Below, piece by piece: positions 51,995 through 64,000 of a stretch of DNA of 64,000 bases. This stretch comes from Saccostrea cucullata (taxonomy: Eukaryota): assembly GCF_032062105.1 (NCBI RefSeq), contig NW_026918257.1:62001-126000 (forward strand). The letters run 5' to 3'. The notes below the pieces were generated by a model. That model was not told the DNA's origin. It made no database searches and saw only the letters and a program-made list of their open reading frames with translations. A program made the translations under genes and the position numbers. Every line of letters begins with the position of its first letter. Position 1 is the first letter of the stretch.

Positions 51995-54900
51995 ATTATC
52001 GCATAAGCTCTTCTGGTCTCTGACCAGTAGAGCTATAAACAAACCTGACAATAACTTTTGATTGGTTATAGGCTTGGGCTTTCTTACTTCACATATAAAT
52101 TCATGTGACAAGACCTTTTATTCGATACCAAGAACTTTTATCTTTTGACCTTGGATTTTGACCTACTTTTAAAAAACTTCAACCTTGGCCATGACTTTTG
52201 AATGGTTAGGACTAGGACTTTCATTCACCACATATATAATCCTTGAGATAAGACCTTTCTTTAGAAACCAGCAACTTTGACCCTTTGATCTTGACCCTGG
52301 ATTTTGACCTACCTTTCAAAAATTTACCCTTGGCCCTAACTTTTGAACAGAAGGTGCTAGGGCTTTCATATTTCACAACTGTGTTTCTTACTTTGAGTAC
52401 CAACATATTTAATTTTCATCAGTGTTTCACAAACACATCTTGTTTTTAGAGAATAAAAATATCAGATAGTCTCTTTTTATATTTTACTTTTCCTTTTTTT
52501 TTTTTTTAATTTTCATTACACAAGAGCAACCAAACATAACAATGTCTATGAATTCAGCACAGCTACCTCCCAGAAAAATTATATTCAGAGTTATGCAATG
52601 CTGATATATAAGTTGCATTTACATGTAAATACAGATAATACTACAAAATCTGATTAAAAAGCAGTGAAAACAAGTTTTTTGAACAATACAAATCAACTAG
52701 AACCTTTATGATTGGATGATCTTCCAATGACTATGACATCACAATATACAATAAGTTTCATCATAGACATGAGTACAGGAAATTGTCAACAGCAATTAAC
52801 AGTTCAAGGGGGCAAACTCTGTACATTACATAAATTACTATAAATACTGATATACAACTATAATCAATATTTTTCAATTTGCATTTAAATGACAAGGCCA
52901 AATCCACTCTACAAACACTAAAAGTCATTTTCACATTCATACAAAATCTATTGTGTACGTAATTGATAGAAAAAAGTAAAATTAACCACTAGTTGTTTGT
53001 ATGATAATGAAACATGACCAATGAGCCATACTGCTCACTTGAGTTATATTCACCTTAACTTGGATTTAAAAAGTTTCCTCTATATTTTCATGGATAATAA
53101 ATAATCGCTCCCATAAAAATACCCCACTATACATTACAAGAGGGCTGTGGAGCAATTATTTTGGGGTTTTGACAATTTTTTCATATTGTACACATAATGA
53201 ATAAGTGTAATAAATATAATTGAAAAAAAATGTCCAATAAGCCCGGGGGTTGGATATCGAAGGGGGGGGGGGGGTCCTGTCCACAAGTACTTGTGATCAT
53301 AATAATATTAAATACAAGGAATAGAAGCCTTGAAAAGGTTTGACAATTTTTTAGGAAATAAACCACGATTTTAACTTTCTACATGGGAATTCTCATGTTT
53401 AATATTGAAATTCTTGAGTTTTCAAAAAAAAAAATTAATGAAAAAAAAAGAAGAAAAATAATGCAATTTATGTTAGGACATGTAGAATGTAGTTGTAAAC
53501 ATGAATGTCATGCCTCTATTATTACTGGTGATGGGATGTATGTAGTGAGCATCAGGCCTTTTGACGTACATGGAGAGTCAAAAAAAGATCTTTACCAGTC
53601 TTGATACATATTTTTTCTAGAATTAAACAGGGCTTAATAAGGCCAATTGTGAACAGTGGCTAAAGGCTCTTGCAAGAAAAAAAAGAGGGACACAATAGCT
53701 TCAATGCATATCACCAGGAACAAAATTTTCTTACCTCAAAACAGAACAATGTCAAATACAAATGTACAAGTAGTACATCATTAAACACAATGATATGTCA
53801 GAACACAAACATGGGAATTTAAATTAAAAAAGCCCCACTAGACATGTAATAAGATACATGACTCTCCCATCCCTTTTGACTGAGGAAAAAAGATTATCAC
53901 AGAGCTTTGGATAAAGTATAATAACAGTTCACATGTATTAGTTGTCAAAGAAACAACATGTCAAATAACATTTGTCCAATGTCGCACTAGTTCCATAAGT
54001 ACAATTAAAACACAAAACACTTTTTCCTACTTCTGGTTTACAAATGAAATTTCATTGTTCTATTTGTGTTTAAAATGAAATTCATGTCCTCTCCAATCGA
54101 TTTTAAAATTTTCAAAAAAGTTTCACTACCACGGGTAAATACACGTATCATCACTTCCAAATCTTATTTAGAGCTAACAAATAAATAAATTTAACAATCC
54201 CACCTGCCTGTTTTGACTGGTTGAGACCAATGAAAAACTTGAGAGCCAGAATAGTGCATGCGTCTATGTATCTGCTTGTGCAGACTGAGTTGGGAGATTT
54301 TTTTATAGGTGTGGGCAATGTAATCAATTGAGAAATATATGTTCAACATAAGTTTCAAACAGTATTTTGGAGGCAACATTTCAAAAATGTTTAAATCCTT
54401 ATGGAACTTGTGTAGTTCAAGAATCAGGTAGGCTAAATGTAAGTATGTAAACTGAGACAATAATGCTGAGCAACTCTAATAAAATCGTGTAATGAGGCCA
54501 AAGTCAGTTTTCTTCGTATACAAATTTTAACAGCACTTCCTTAAGTATAATGTCTATGTTACATGTATATAGATAAAACTACTTGCAACATTGTCTCTGG
54601 AACTGTTTAAGAAATAGAAAATCCCACAACATGACATCTTGCTACATTTGCAAATTATGCGATTGAGTAGTGTTGAGCAACTGAAAATCATTAATCATTA
54701 CAAACAAAGCAATACGTGTACAACATCTTGTAACCTTGTTACAATGGCACAAGTTATTTTCAATGATTACACAGTGAACACATTTAAGGCAGCCAAACTG
54801 CTACAAGAGTTGCTGAAGTTGATAAAGATCCTTATGCATCTGTTTCTTATGAAGTTGATAAGACAATTATTCCCTCAAATTGTTCAATTTCTAAGCATAA

Positions 54901-56355
54901 ACAACATTATACCTGGATCAAAGTAATAGACTTCATATAAATACTGAAATGTTACAAAGTAAATTAGATGTGTCAGTCTGACTCAATTGCTCCTTACCCA
55001 TGTGCACATGCAAGTTTGAAATATGCAGAACTCCAAGTGCATGAAAATAACAATGAAAGGAAATGGCACAAAATTATATATTGAACTGATCTTTTTTATT
55101 TTGGGAATCAGTTCTCTATGCCCTCACACCTTACAGCAGTGAGAAATCTTACAAGAAGAGCACGCTAAAAATCCCAAAACAAAGGTGTATCTAGAAAATT
55201 TAAGAAGCCAAGGATCATTATCTTTTTAAAAGTTTCAATCTACAAGAACTACATTTGTCAATGATCTGAAAGTTATCAATATAAAAAGACAAACAAAAGA
55301 TATTCTCTTTATCTACAAGCACAGGAAACAAGTACAGAAAACTGAACTGTTAGAAATTTTCAAATTCCAAGGGCCATACTTTCATAAAATGAGTCAAGTA
55401 ACACAAATCTTAAAGTCTTCAACATCAAGAAACACACCAAAAATCACCTCATTATCAACAATCCTAGCAAAAAAAAAACCAAACCCTTTTAAAACAGTTA
55501 CATTTTAGAATTTTTCAAAGTTTCTAAAGGCAAGATTTTTTATAAAAATTAGTTAATCTACAAGAAACTTGAACTTGATCTGTTAGACATCAATAACAAG
55601 AAACATACCTGGTACCACAAAAAAATCAGTGTATCATCTACAAGCAACGTAAAAGAGAAGTCTAGAAAATGGTAATTTTTAGAAATTTTCAAAGTGTCAA
55701 GGCCATTACAAATGAGGAAGCTGTGGTTAGGGTGACCCATGAAATCCAGAACATCAGTCCCCCACAAACAATGATGATTCCACAGTAATGTCAAATCTTG
55801 TCGTATGTGATCTAAGGGAGAGTACCAGTCCCCATACATCATGTATTAAAAACAAATTGAAATAACTGAAATCATTGCACTTTTATCCACATTAAATTAA
55901 AACGGCAAGAAAGGTTTGTCAGTTGGTGATACTGTACAATCAATTATTTTCCTTGAGTTAAATTTTGTGTATGAGGAAAAAACGGATCATGGTTTGATTT
56001 TGGAAGAGGGTAAAAAATTGATACTATAATTTACAATTTTGTGCATGACCTAAACATGTGATTTTCTTCATATCACAAAAACAAAAATGAAACTTTCAGG
56101 AATGGTTTCACAATACAGTAATTATTATCTGATCCATCTCATTTTTTTTTTAATTTTAATTATAATCAAAATTTTGTGTGGTTGATAGCTTCATACAATG
56201 TCACATGCTTGCACTCAGACACCCTGTTGCTGTCCCAAGAATAACCCTTGATGACATTAATAGCCATAAAGTATAGCCCCTGACCACTGTTAACTGCCAG
56301 TTAAGTATATGCCTGACTTTGTAGTTTACAAATTTTGGTCTTTTATCTTTGATAT

Positions 56356-59300
56356 TCATGCTGTGAGGGAATCTAAGGTCTTATCACTGTCCAGATCATT
56401 CTTGACAAGTTCTTCTTTGATTCTGTCATCAAGGAATCCCAGCTCCTGGAACTGCTTGAACAATGCTAGAAACCTCTCAATCTGAAATAAAATGAAAATC
56501 AGTTTAAAGAAATGAAAGGAACAAAACATGAATATTGTTGTACAGTTATGACATCCCTTGCAAGAGGGAATACTAAAGCTGTATCTAGAGAGATAAGATG
56601 AATACTGTGTAAGAATCATTCATATGTATGACTGTTGGAGATGAATTCTTCCTAACCAGGGGCAAAAAGTATAAAGAGGATATTCCATGTTTTGTAGTTT
56701 GACATTTATCTATTTCAGGAGTGTCACAATTTTTTAAAAACATTTCCATTAATGCAAAGCAAGATTAAAATTTCCTGTCTCATGAGTGATGTATGAAAAT
56801 ACACATATGGATGCAATCAATGCCCCCCCAAAAAAGTAATAAGATGACAATGAACAACATACTCTAATAACTTTTTGAGAGACAAACCTTTTCCTGGTTA
56901 TTTTTGAACAGAAGAAGAGCTTCTTCCACTCTGTGAAATTCGTGTCCTTTGTCCGTAAATTTTCCAACCACACAAAGGTACTCAATGACCTAGTAAATTA
57001 ATAAAGATATCTCAATAATGATTTACCATTACATAAAGAGAATATTTACTGAAGTAGCAAATAGTCATTCTTTGAAGCGATATCAAAATAAAATGAATTT
57101 ACAGAAACATTTCAAAAATTGAATGTTAGGGTGTTCTTGTTCTACCTCTTTCTCATCTGCACCAAGTTTTTCTACTGCCCGGGCGGCACAAGCTTTCGAA
57201 AAGCCCATTCCAACAACATTATCAACAATTCTCCTGGAATCTTGTGGTAAATTATTGTACGGGTCAACATTTACAACCATCTTTAAATCTGTTGTACTTC
57301 CTGTTTGTAATCCCGGCTGAGCTGGCTGAGGTAATGTGGAATAGCGGTTCCAGGACTGCAACAAAAAAATCATCATTGAGTCACCAGACAACAAGTTAAA
57401 AAACAAACATAATTTTTAAAAATGGTACTGGTTATGGTTCCTAAATAAAAGAAACTACTTTACAGGGGAAAAATATGTTATAAAACTATATGAAGCAAAC
57501 TTTCATTTCACTAAGATATAATATTATCAACATGAAGCAGGCAAATCTATTAAACTGATGGATTTGTCTCCTCTTCAATTCTTAAGAACCAGCTGACTCT
57601 TTCACAAAGTACCTTGCAACTTAGTCACTAAGAACAGATGTTACAAATCACGAAGATATAGCAGATAGATCACAAAAAACTATCACAATACATAATTATT
57701 ACATTAGATTTACATGTATTGTGAATTTTTCTTTAAAAGAAATGAGGTGCTTTGATTATTTTTAATAAACAAATTAAAAAGTAAACAGTTGTCAATTATT
57801 TATGACAGTTAAAGTTGTTACATGAAAAAATTTACAGCTAAAAGCTCAGTGTAACTATACAATTACCCTGTACTGCACTTGCCTGGATCTCCTTGTCCTA
57901 TCTGACCCTTAATTCAATAAAGGGACAAAACAATTGATTTTTTTATGTCCACTAGTCAAAGATTCGAGGGCTTCTAGTTTTTGCCCTGTCTGTCGTTCTG
58001 TCTGTTTGTCAAAAAATACTTTAACCTTCCCATAACTTTTAAGTTGGTGGGGCTATGGCATTCAAAGTCAAGTACAAAATCTTTATTAACATGCTGGATC
58101 TACAATGGGGAATTGGAACCCTTCCTCCCTCAAATTTGCAGAGTTATAAAATGTACATACCAAAGTTATTGAAAATGACTTTGGCTCCCTAGAAAACACA
58201 GACCTCTGTCAACAATGGTTAATAAGGTAGAAAAAGTCAGTCATGTGTACGAAGCTTAAGAAGTGGAAGTATGTTGCTGCATGTATTTTTGCTGTTTTTT
58301 TCTATCACAGACATTATTGAGTATTGACTGAATACTTACAAAACAGGATTATGAGGTGAAACAATGCATGCATGGGGAAGTTATAATTTTTGTATTACAT
58401 TAGTCAATAGGAATGGCAAGGAAAAAAGTTCCTGTTAAATCCAGTGACTACAAGTACATGCAATGCAACACAAAGACAGTACTATAGAATGATTACAACA
58501 GGAAGTGGGGGTTATGGGGATGCTTCATACTTACTGCTTGTGAATTTCCTTGTGGATCCTGTTAAAAAGGTACAATGCAATGTTTACATGAAAGACACAG
58601 GGTCTATATATACATTACACAACACTCAATTTTTGACACAAAGTGGTTACTGTTTAAGCTCTACTTTGAATGAAAAGCTAGTATATGATTTACTGAATAA
58701 TGAAATTTGATACATGTACATGTATAGAGCAGTGTTACATTCTTTCAACCAAATACATGAAAAAAGACACAAAAGTGAAACAATTCATTATTTAAACCAC
58801 AACAAGGGGATACATGTAAAAACAAAGAATTTAAGTGTTAGAGAAACCAGGTTAATCAAAATGGTTTCATCACTCACTGAACATCAAGCATATGTTAAAC
58901 TGATTTTACCTGTTTGGAGGAGGGTCTTGGAGGGGGTGAGATTGTGAGAGGGAGGGGTAAATCTTGACTCGGGTTATTTGATGGATCTGGTAAACTATTG
59001 GTCATCCCAGGCTGAGGAACCCCGAACGGTTTAACAGGAGCCACGTTTACATATGCTTTAGAGTTTTTAGATGCTGTCTCCTTTGACGGTTGATTTGTAG
59101 GTAGGAATGGATTAGTACTTTGTGATGAGCCATCAGTATCATTAACAAGGCCAAAACTTGGCGCCTTTGAAAAACTAACAGACTGTTGATCACTCATGAC
59201 ACTCACATTTTCATAAGTTTTCGATTGGAATTCACTTTTGCACATAGGTTTTTCATGAGTTCCATCAGGTACATCTTGCTCAAAGGAATTTGTTGATTTT

Positions 59301-61863
59301 GCGGTGCCACTAATTGCTGGACCACCAATGGGTGGCAGGGGGTTCTTGGCAGCCAGGCTTGGTCGTGGAGGAACTGGGGGTATGATTTTGCCCTTGTAAG
59401 TCTTTTGCTTTCTAACTATTTTATTTTTGACATTTCCACTGGGTCGTTCTGGCTTCTTTGTTACATCCAACTCAACATAATCCCCTCCATCCACTTTGTT
59501 AGTCACTGAATTTTTAGAGGAGCTTGACGTCACAACACCATTGGGAGGATTGTTCAAAATCTTTGTGTTTTCATACACAGTTTCTGGTTTCTTTGCCCCT
59601 CCACTTGTTTCTTTTGCACTACCACTATTGTCAAACACACTTTTCAACTCAGTTAAGTCATTCAGAGTCAACCTCTCAAATCGATCAAAGGGATCATCCT
59701 CTTTTTCAAACAATGAAAAATCCACAGGTTTCTGTGGATCAGAATCATTTTGGTTGGTTGAGTCATTTTGACTTGAGACATCTACAGGTGTCAGTATGTC
59801 GTTAGAAATAGCTGGCAGTACAGGCCTGGCTGGAGCCTGTGCCACTGCTACAGCTGGAGAGGTGGCCTTGTTGTTTTCCCACCCATCGTTCTCATACTCA
59901 TGGTCTGATTGATCAGAATCACAGCTTTTATCCTCAGCCTCCAGCTGGGCTCTCACTCTACGTTCTTCCTCTGCTCGTTGCTGAGCAGCCAGTTGCTTTT
60001 GTCTCTCATTGGCCCATTTCAGGACTCCCTCCTCCAAGGAAAAGTCATACTGAAAAAGATACAGCAAAATATCAAAAAACAAATAGTACAGCCAACTAGC
60101 AGAAGTACTTGTATCTCTTAATGCTAAGTCCTTTTACAATACTTTTGAATTAAATTCAATTTGTTGCATTAGGATATGAAACTTAAGATGATTTTAGCAC
60201 TATACAACACTAAGGGTATCCGCTTTTCATTCATTTAGGTATACTTAGTCTTTTACATTATAAACTAATATTTATTGAGATTAACCAATACCTCTTCCTC
60301 CACTGCATGTGTTCTCAAACTCTTTAAATCTCTTGGGCTGATAATCTGAAATAGGTAAAATACCATTAGATCTTTCATAAGAACATGACAATCACTTCAC
60401 TCACCTGAGCCACTAGTAGTCTTTCTGCTCTTAAACAGCAGAATTCCCCAATACATTCCTACATAAAACTGTTGTGACCCAATCCTAACCCAATGAGTCA
60501 TATTTAAAAAAAAAACAACTTGAATCTAAACTTTCTATTAAAGATGCTTCAATATTACCATAACACACAAAAGAAACCTCAATAGCCTTCTTCCAAGAAT
60601 TCTCTGAGCTAAGTTTGGTTGAAATTTACCTAGTTATTATGGAGAGAAGACGATATTGTGTAAAGTTTACGAAAATGCCAGTGAAAGTGACACTGAGGAC
60701 AGACAATGGACAATTCTATTATAAAAGCTCACTTGAACCTCAAGTAAGGTTTTTCAAGTAGTTGGATATGTATATATGTGTATGAAATTAAGGCTTTAGC
60801 ACATCAAGCAATGCAATAGGTTGCTGGCAAACTGAGATATCAAGATGAAGCTCCCAGAAGACCAAAAAATCGGAGAAAAAATTACATATACATCAAAGCT
60901 AAACCTTTCATAAAAAGTTTCACATTTTTAACTCGGACATGAAAAGTGATGAAATAATATGATGCGTGATGTTATGTCACAGTCTGGACCAAACGTGTCC
61001 AACCAGTGGTCAATTATTACGATTTTTTTTATAGTATCTATTTATAAGTACAGCTACACTCTTCCCAGTGGTCACACCATCAAAAACACTGTTTTTATTA
61101 TAAATAAATAGAATTCTGTAAGTTTGTTTTGTATTTGTAATATTCAAAAATTAAATTCCCCTTTACGACTTTTGTTGATTACATATTCCAACAAAAGACC
61201 ATACAATGGAATAAATGATTATATCGGTATGTCTTACTACTGAGAATAAATCAATAAAGGGCTTTACACACATACAACATGTGCACTATACCATGTATAC
61301 CTAGCCTCTATTTAATTCTGAACAGTCTTTCACAGTGAAATCTCAGTACATGTAAACATATGTTTCAGTACACTAGTTTTGAGTATACATGTATCATATA
61401 CTTAAGACTAATTATCTACCATATTAATGTATCAAATTTCCTTATCTGTAACAGAAAGTGAAAATGGTTCTTCCTTATATGTTTGTGAAATTGTACATCT
61501 TAATTTCAAACTATTCATTACATACACACATATATATTCATCTTTCCAAAATCTTAAAAAATTCTTGATGATATTTTTTTTTACCTTGTGTTTCTGTGTA
61601 AATTTTGGTCCAATTTTAAATGGTACGCCATCCAAACTTGAGTGACTGGAACTATATGCTACAACATATATGTCAACACATTATTAAAATACATCTATCT
61701 ATATGACGTCCATGTAGAAAGCAAAACATCAATTTAAAAAATCCTCCAAATTCTATTACATTAATGTGCATGTGCTTTTAATATTTTAGGTAAAAAAAAG
61801 AGAACCTATAACTGAATCAGAATACGTACCAACACTGTCTTGTCTTTGAAAATTTCTGTCCAT
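56356..61863 (-). CDS. UBAP1: Ubiquitin-associated protein 1 (ESCRT-I subunit), 579 aa (587 with microexon)
   Basis: Exons 61863-61830, 61658-61585, 60345-60292, 60049-58910, (58558-58535), 57355-57146, 56989-56888, 56481-56356. All introns are GT-AG and the frame is continuous. UMA domain LDGVPFKIGPKF..YDFSLEEGVL, conserved FEKEDDPFD..ELKSVF, C-terminal SOUBA repeats (MGFSKACAARAV, VEEALLLF, FQELGF). Confidence 0.92.
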
Positions 61864-64000
61864 TCTTTAGATCAGCATCTGATAAGAATCAATATTTATC
61901 TTTTGATTAAAATTGAATTTAAAGTATTCTTAAAATACAAATCTGAAATCAAACATCATTTTCTCAAACTCATGGGACCTATCTTCAAGGATTGGAGATA
62001 TTGAGGGTAAAATATTAAAAGAAAAAGTGCTTGAGACTTTTCATTCACTTTGACATAACCATGGTATTCAAGATATCAGTGTTTTTGAAACAGATATTCA
62101 GCTGTTCACAGTTATATGACATAGTTTTATTTTTCATTTAAAGCCTTATAAATTAAATTAAAGCTTTATAAATTCATTTAAATGATGGAAAGGACATTCG
62201 TGAATAGGTTTGGCAAATCAAAATTAAGCCTAAAGGATTTCACTCACAGGCACTAATGATTCTGAAATAATTTTTTAACCCACAGTATAATAATAACTCA
62301 AGGTATCCAACTCCAAATTACACTAGGTACACCACTCTCTAGAATCACACTCATTTACACTTTCAGAGAAAATGTTGGGTTTAACTGTTTACACTATTGT
62401 CTTCTATGATAATATATCTACACAACCAAAAATGGTATGTTTGTCTTTATTTTCTTTACAGCATCAAAACTCTTTTCGCCAAGTGGAAAAGTCAAATTAC
62501 CCAATGAAATGAAAAGTTTTGAATCTATTACAGAAGCATGCAAGTGCCTGTGATTTCACTTACTGTTTTATCATAAGCACAAATCTGAAGATATTTCTAA
62601 CCAGTTTTATCTCTTTGTCTACTTATTTTTAGCTTAACTGATCTAATAACAAATTTATCTAAATATAGCTGTATTAATCATAAAAAGAAGTGATTACACA
62701 TGTTACAGATTGCTTATGATTACAAAACAAACTGTAATCAATTACAGTGGATTACTACGTCAATCATCCCATCCGTGATCAGCAAAGATGTAGAATGATT
62801 CCATAAATACTATAAACTATTTAATACTTATATACATAAATAAAAATAAATAAAGAACTAAAATACAAAAATGATACCAAGAGATATAAAAACATGATTT
62901 GATTTAAAATGTATAGTGATTCATATTAAAGAATTGGTTTGAACAGGAGGCATGGATGCCTATGATTATTCTCTACATAGATCAAGGCACAATTACATGT
63001 ACATTTAAACACTGATTAAAAGGTATGAAGAGTATATTATCAATTGGCACATATTTAGACTAAATCAGTAAATCTGAAATGTTTTGAAGCAAATACTGGT
63101 ATTGAATATTATTGTAATACACAGTATTCCTGATCATGTATTTTATCTTATAACCAGTAATAACATTAGGCTCACTTTGACTTCAGTTCAACAGAAATAT
63201 TTTTTTCTCTTCTACTGTGATACACAAATCATTACAACGTATATAGCTATTTATGTTCATTTGCCTTATTTAAAACTTCTTTCCAATAGATAAGTTGACT
63301 CACTTCATTTGTTGATACAAACCTTTTTTGCTACTTTAAATAAGTACGATAACAAAGCTGATTTATGGCCAAATGGCATCAAATGAATTAACTGATTATA
63401 TTTCCTATATATTTTTCTGCCATGTTCGTGATGTCATTGGTTACAGACTACTAATTTTACCCCTATTTCATTGACCACTCAAGTAGTTCCAGTTTAAAAA
63501 TAGAGGTTTTTTCTTAAAAATTCTATGGGGTGTTTATGGGGTGGACTGATGTTATTTTTGGGTATAGATGGAAAGAAGAGGGTTTGAAAAAAATATAAAA
63601 TTGTTAATATGTGAAATTTTGCACTTAAGCGCGTAGTAGTAAGGGTGTAAAGAGGCCCATATTTACCCTTTCCCCGAAGAGAAAGTGAAAAAAGCAGGGT
63701 AGGGGTTATTTGCGATGCCTTAGCAGGAACTGCATGCGATGAATTTTCCTGAGAGTCTGAAAAATTTTTGGACTTGAATTCTTCTTACTCTGTGCCAAGT
63801 TTCAGGTAAGTTGAGCTGGTGTAATTTTTTTAATCATTTTTTATAGTATAAAGGAATGTATAGCAAAATAATTGGTAGTCTGTGTCCTATGAGGTCAGAG
63901 GTCAAATCTCACGTTAATCAATTTATTGGCACTTTTTGGATAATTTGGAACTAATTATGCAAATTGTTGACAAATTTAATTGAAAAAATTGAATTTTGGA

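Larger units (their letters stand above)
49400..52038 (+). mobile_element. Helentron-like element carrying a 156-bp satellite array
   Basis: 5' AACCAGAAGTCTCTGTCGAGACTGTAGCTCTACTGGT, the array, a GACG/GACA microsatellite, and 3' hairpin AGCTCTTCTGGTC-TCT-GACCAGTAGAGCT (52005-52033) whose arm matches the 5' subterminal repeat. Confidence 0.75.
48911..52445 (-). mobile_element. HINE-like host element split by nested insertions
   Basis: 3' end (TGCCCCC..., CTGT microsatellite) at ~48911-48980 and family head at ~52420-52445. Internal units stop at ~49400 and resume at ~52040. Confidence 0.7.

Noticed and set aside
57867-57901. Second UBAP1 microexon
   Set aside because: A donor-like site exists, but the candidate acceptors give 16, 31 or 35 nt (not frame-preserving) and lack a pyrimidine tract.

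Overview
AT-rich eukaryotic genomic DNA with GT-AG introns and dense repeats. The repeat families (Helentron/HINE-like elements with internal tandem arrays, ~166-bp Cg170-like units, a bivalve-type SINE) suggest a bivalve, probably an oyster; this is an inference. Five protein-coding genes can be assembled by hand: an intronless mitochondrial EF-Tu (9513-10907 +, EF-Tu2-like), SNRNP48 (20595-24041 +, 7 coding exons), an uncharacterised 3xCCCH/RWD-like/CHY zinc-finger protein (26205-29966 +, 10 exons), a divergent SLC25A44-like mitochondrial carrier (45019-47346 +, 4 coding exons) and UBAP1 (56356-61863 -, 7 exons plus a probable 24-nt microexon). Most other listed ORFs are spurious readings of repeats. 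The intergenic DNA is a mosaic of nested non-autonomous elements, including a 156-bp satellite array, long foldback hairpins and several MITEs with 5-bp target-site duplications. Best leads: (1) the EF-Tu2-like retrogene; (2) a Transib/RAG-like MITE with CACCGTG ends and a 5-bp TSD; (3) a +1 frame break and a collapsed carrier signature in the SLC25A44-like gene; (4) a signalling-motif-rich UBAP1 linker; (5) an in-frame stop-interrupted N-terminal extension on the zinc-finger gene. No prokaryotic systems, CRISPR arrays, rRNA or intact tRNA were seen.
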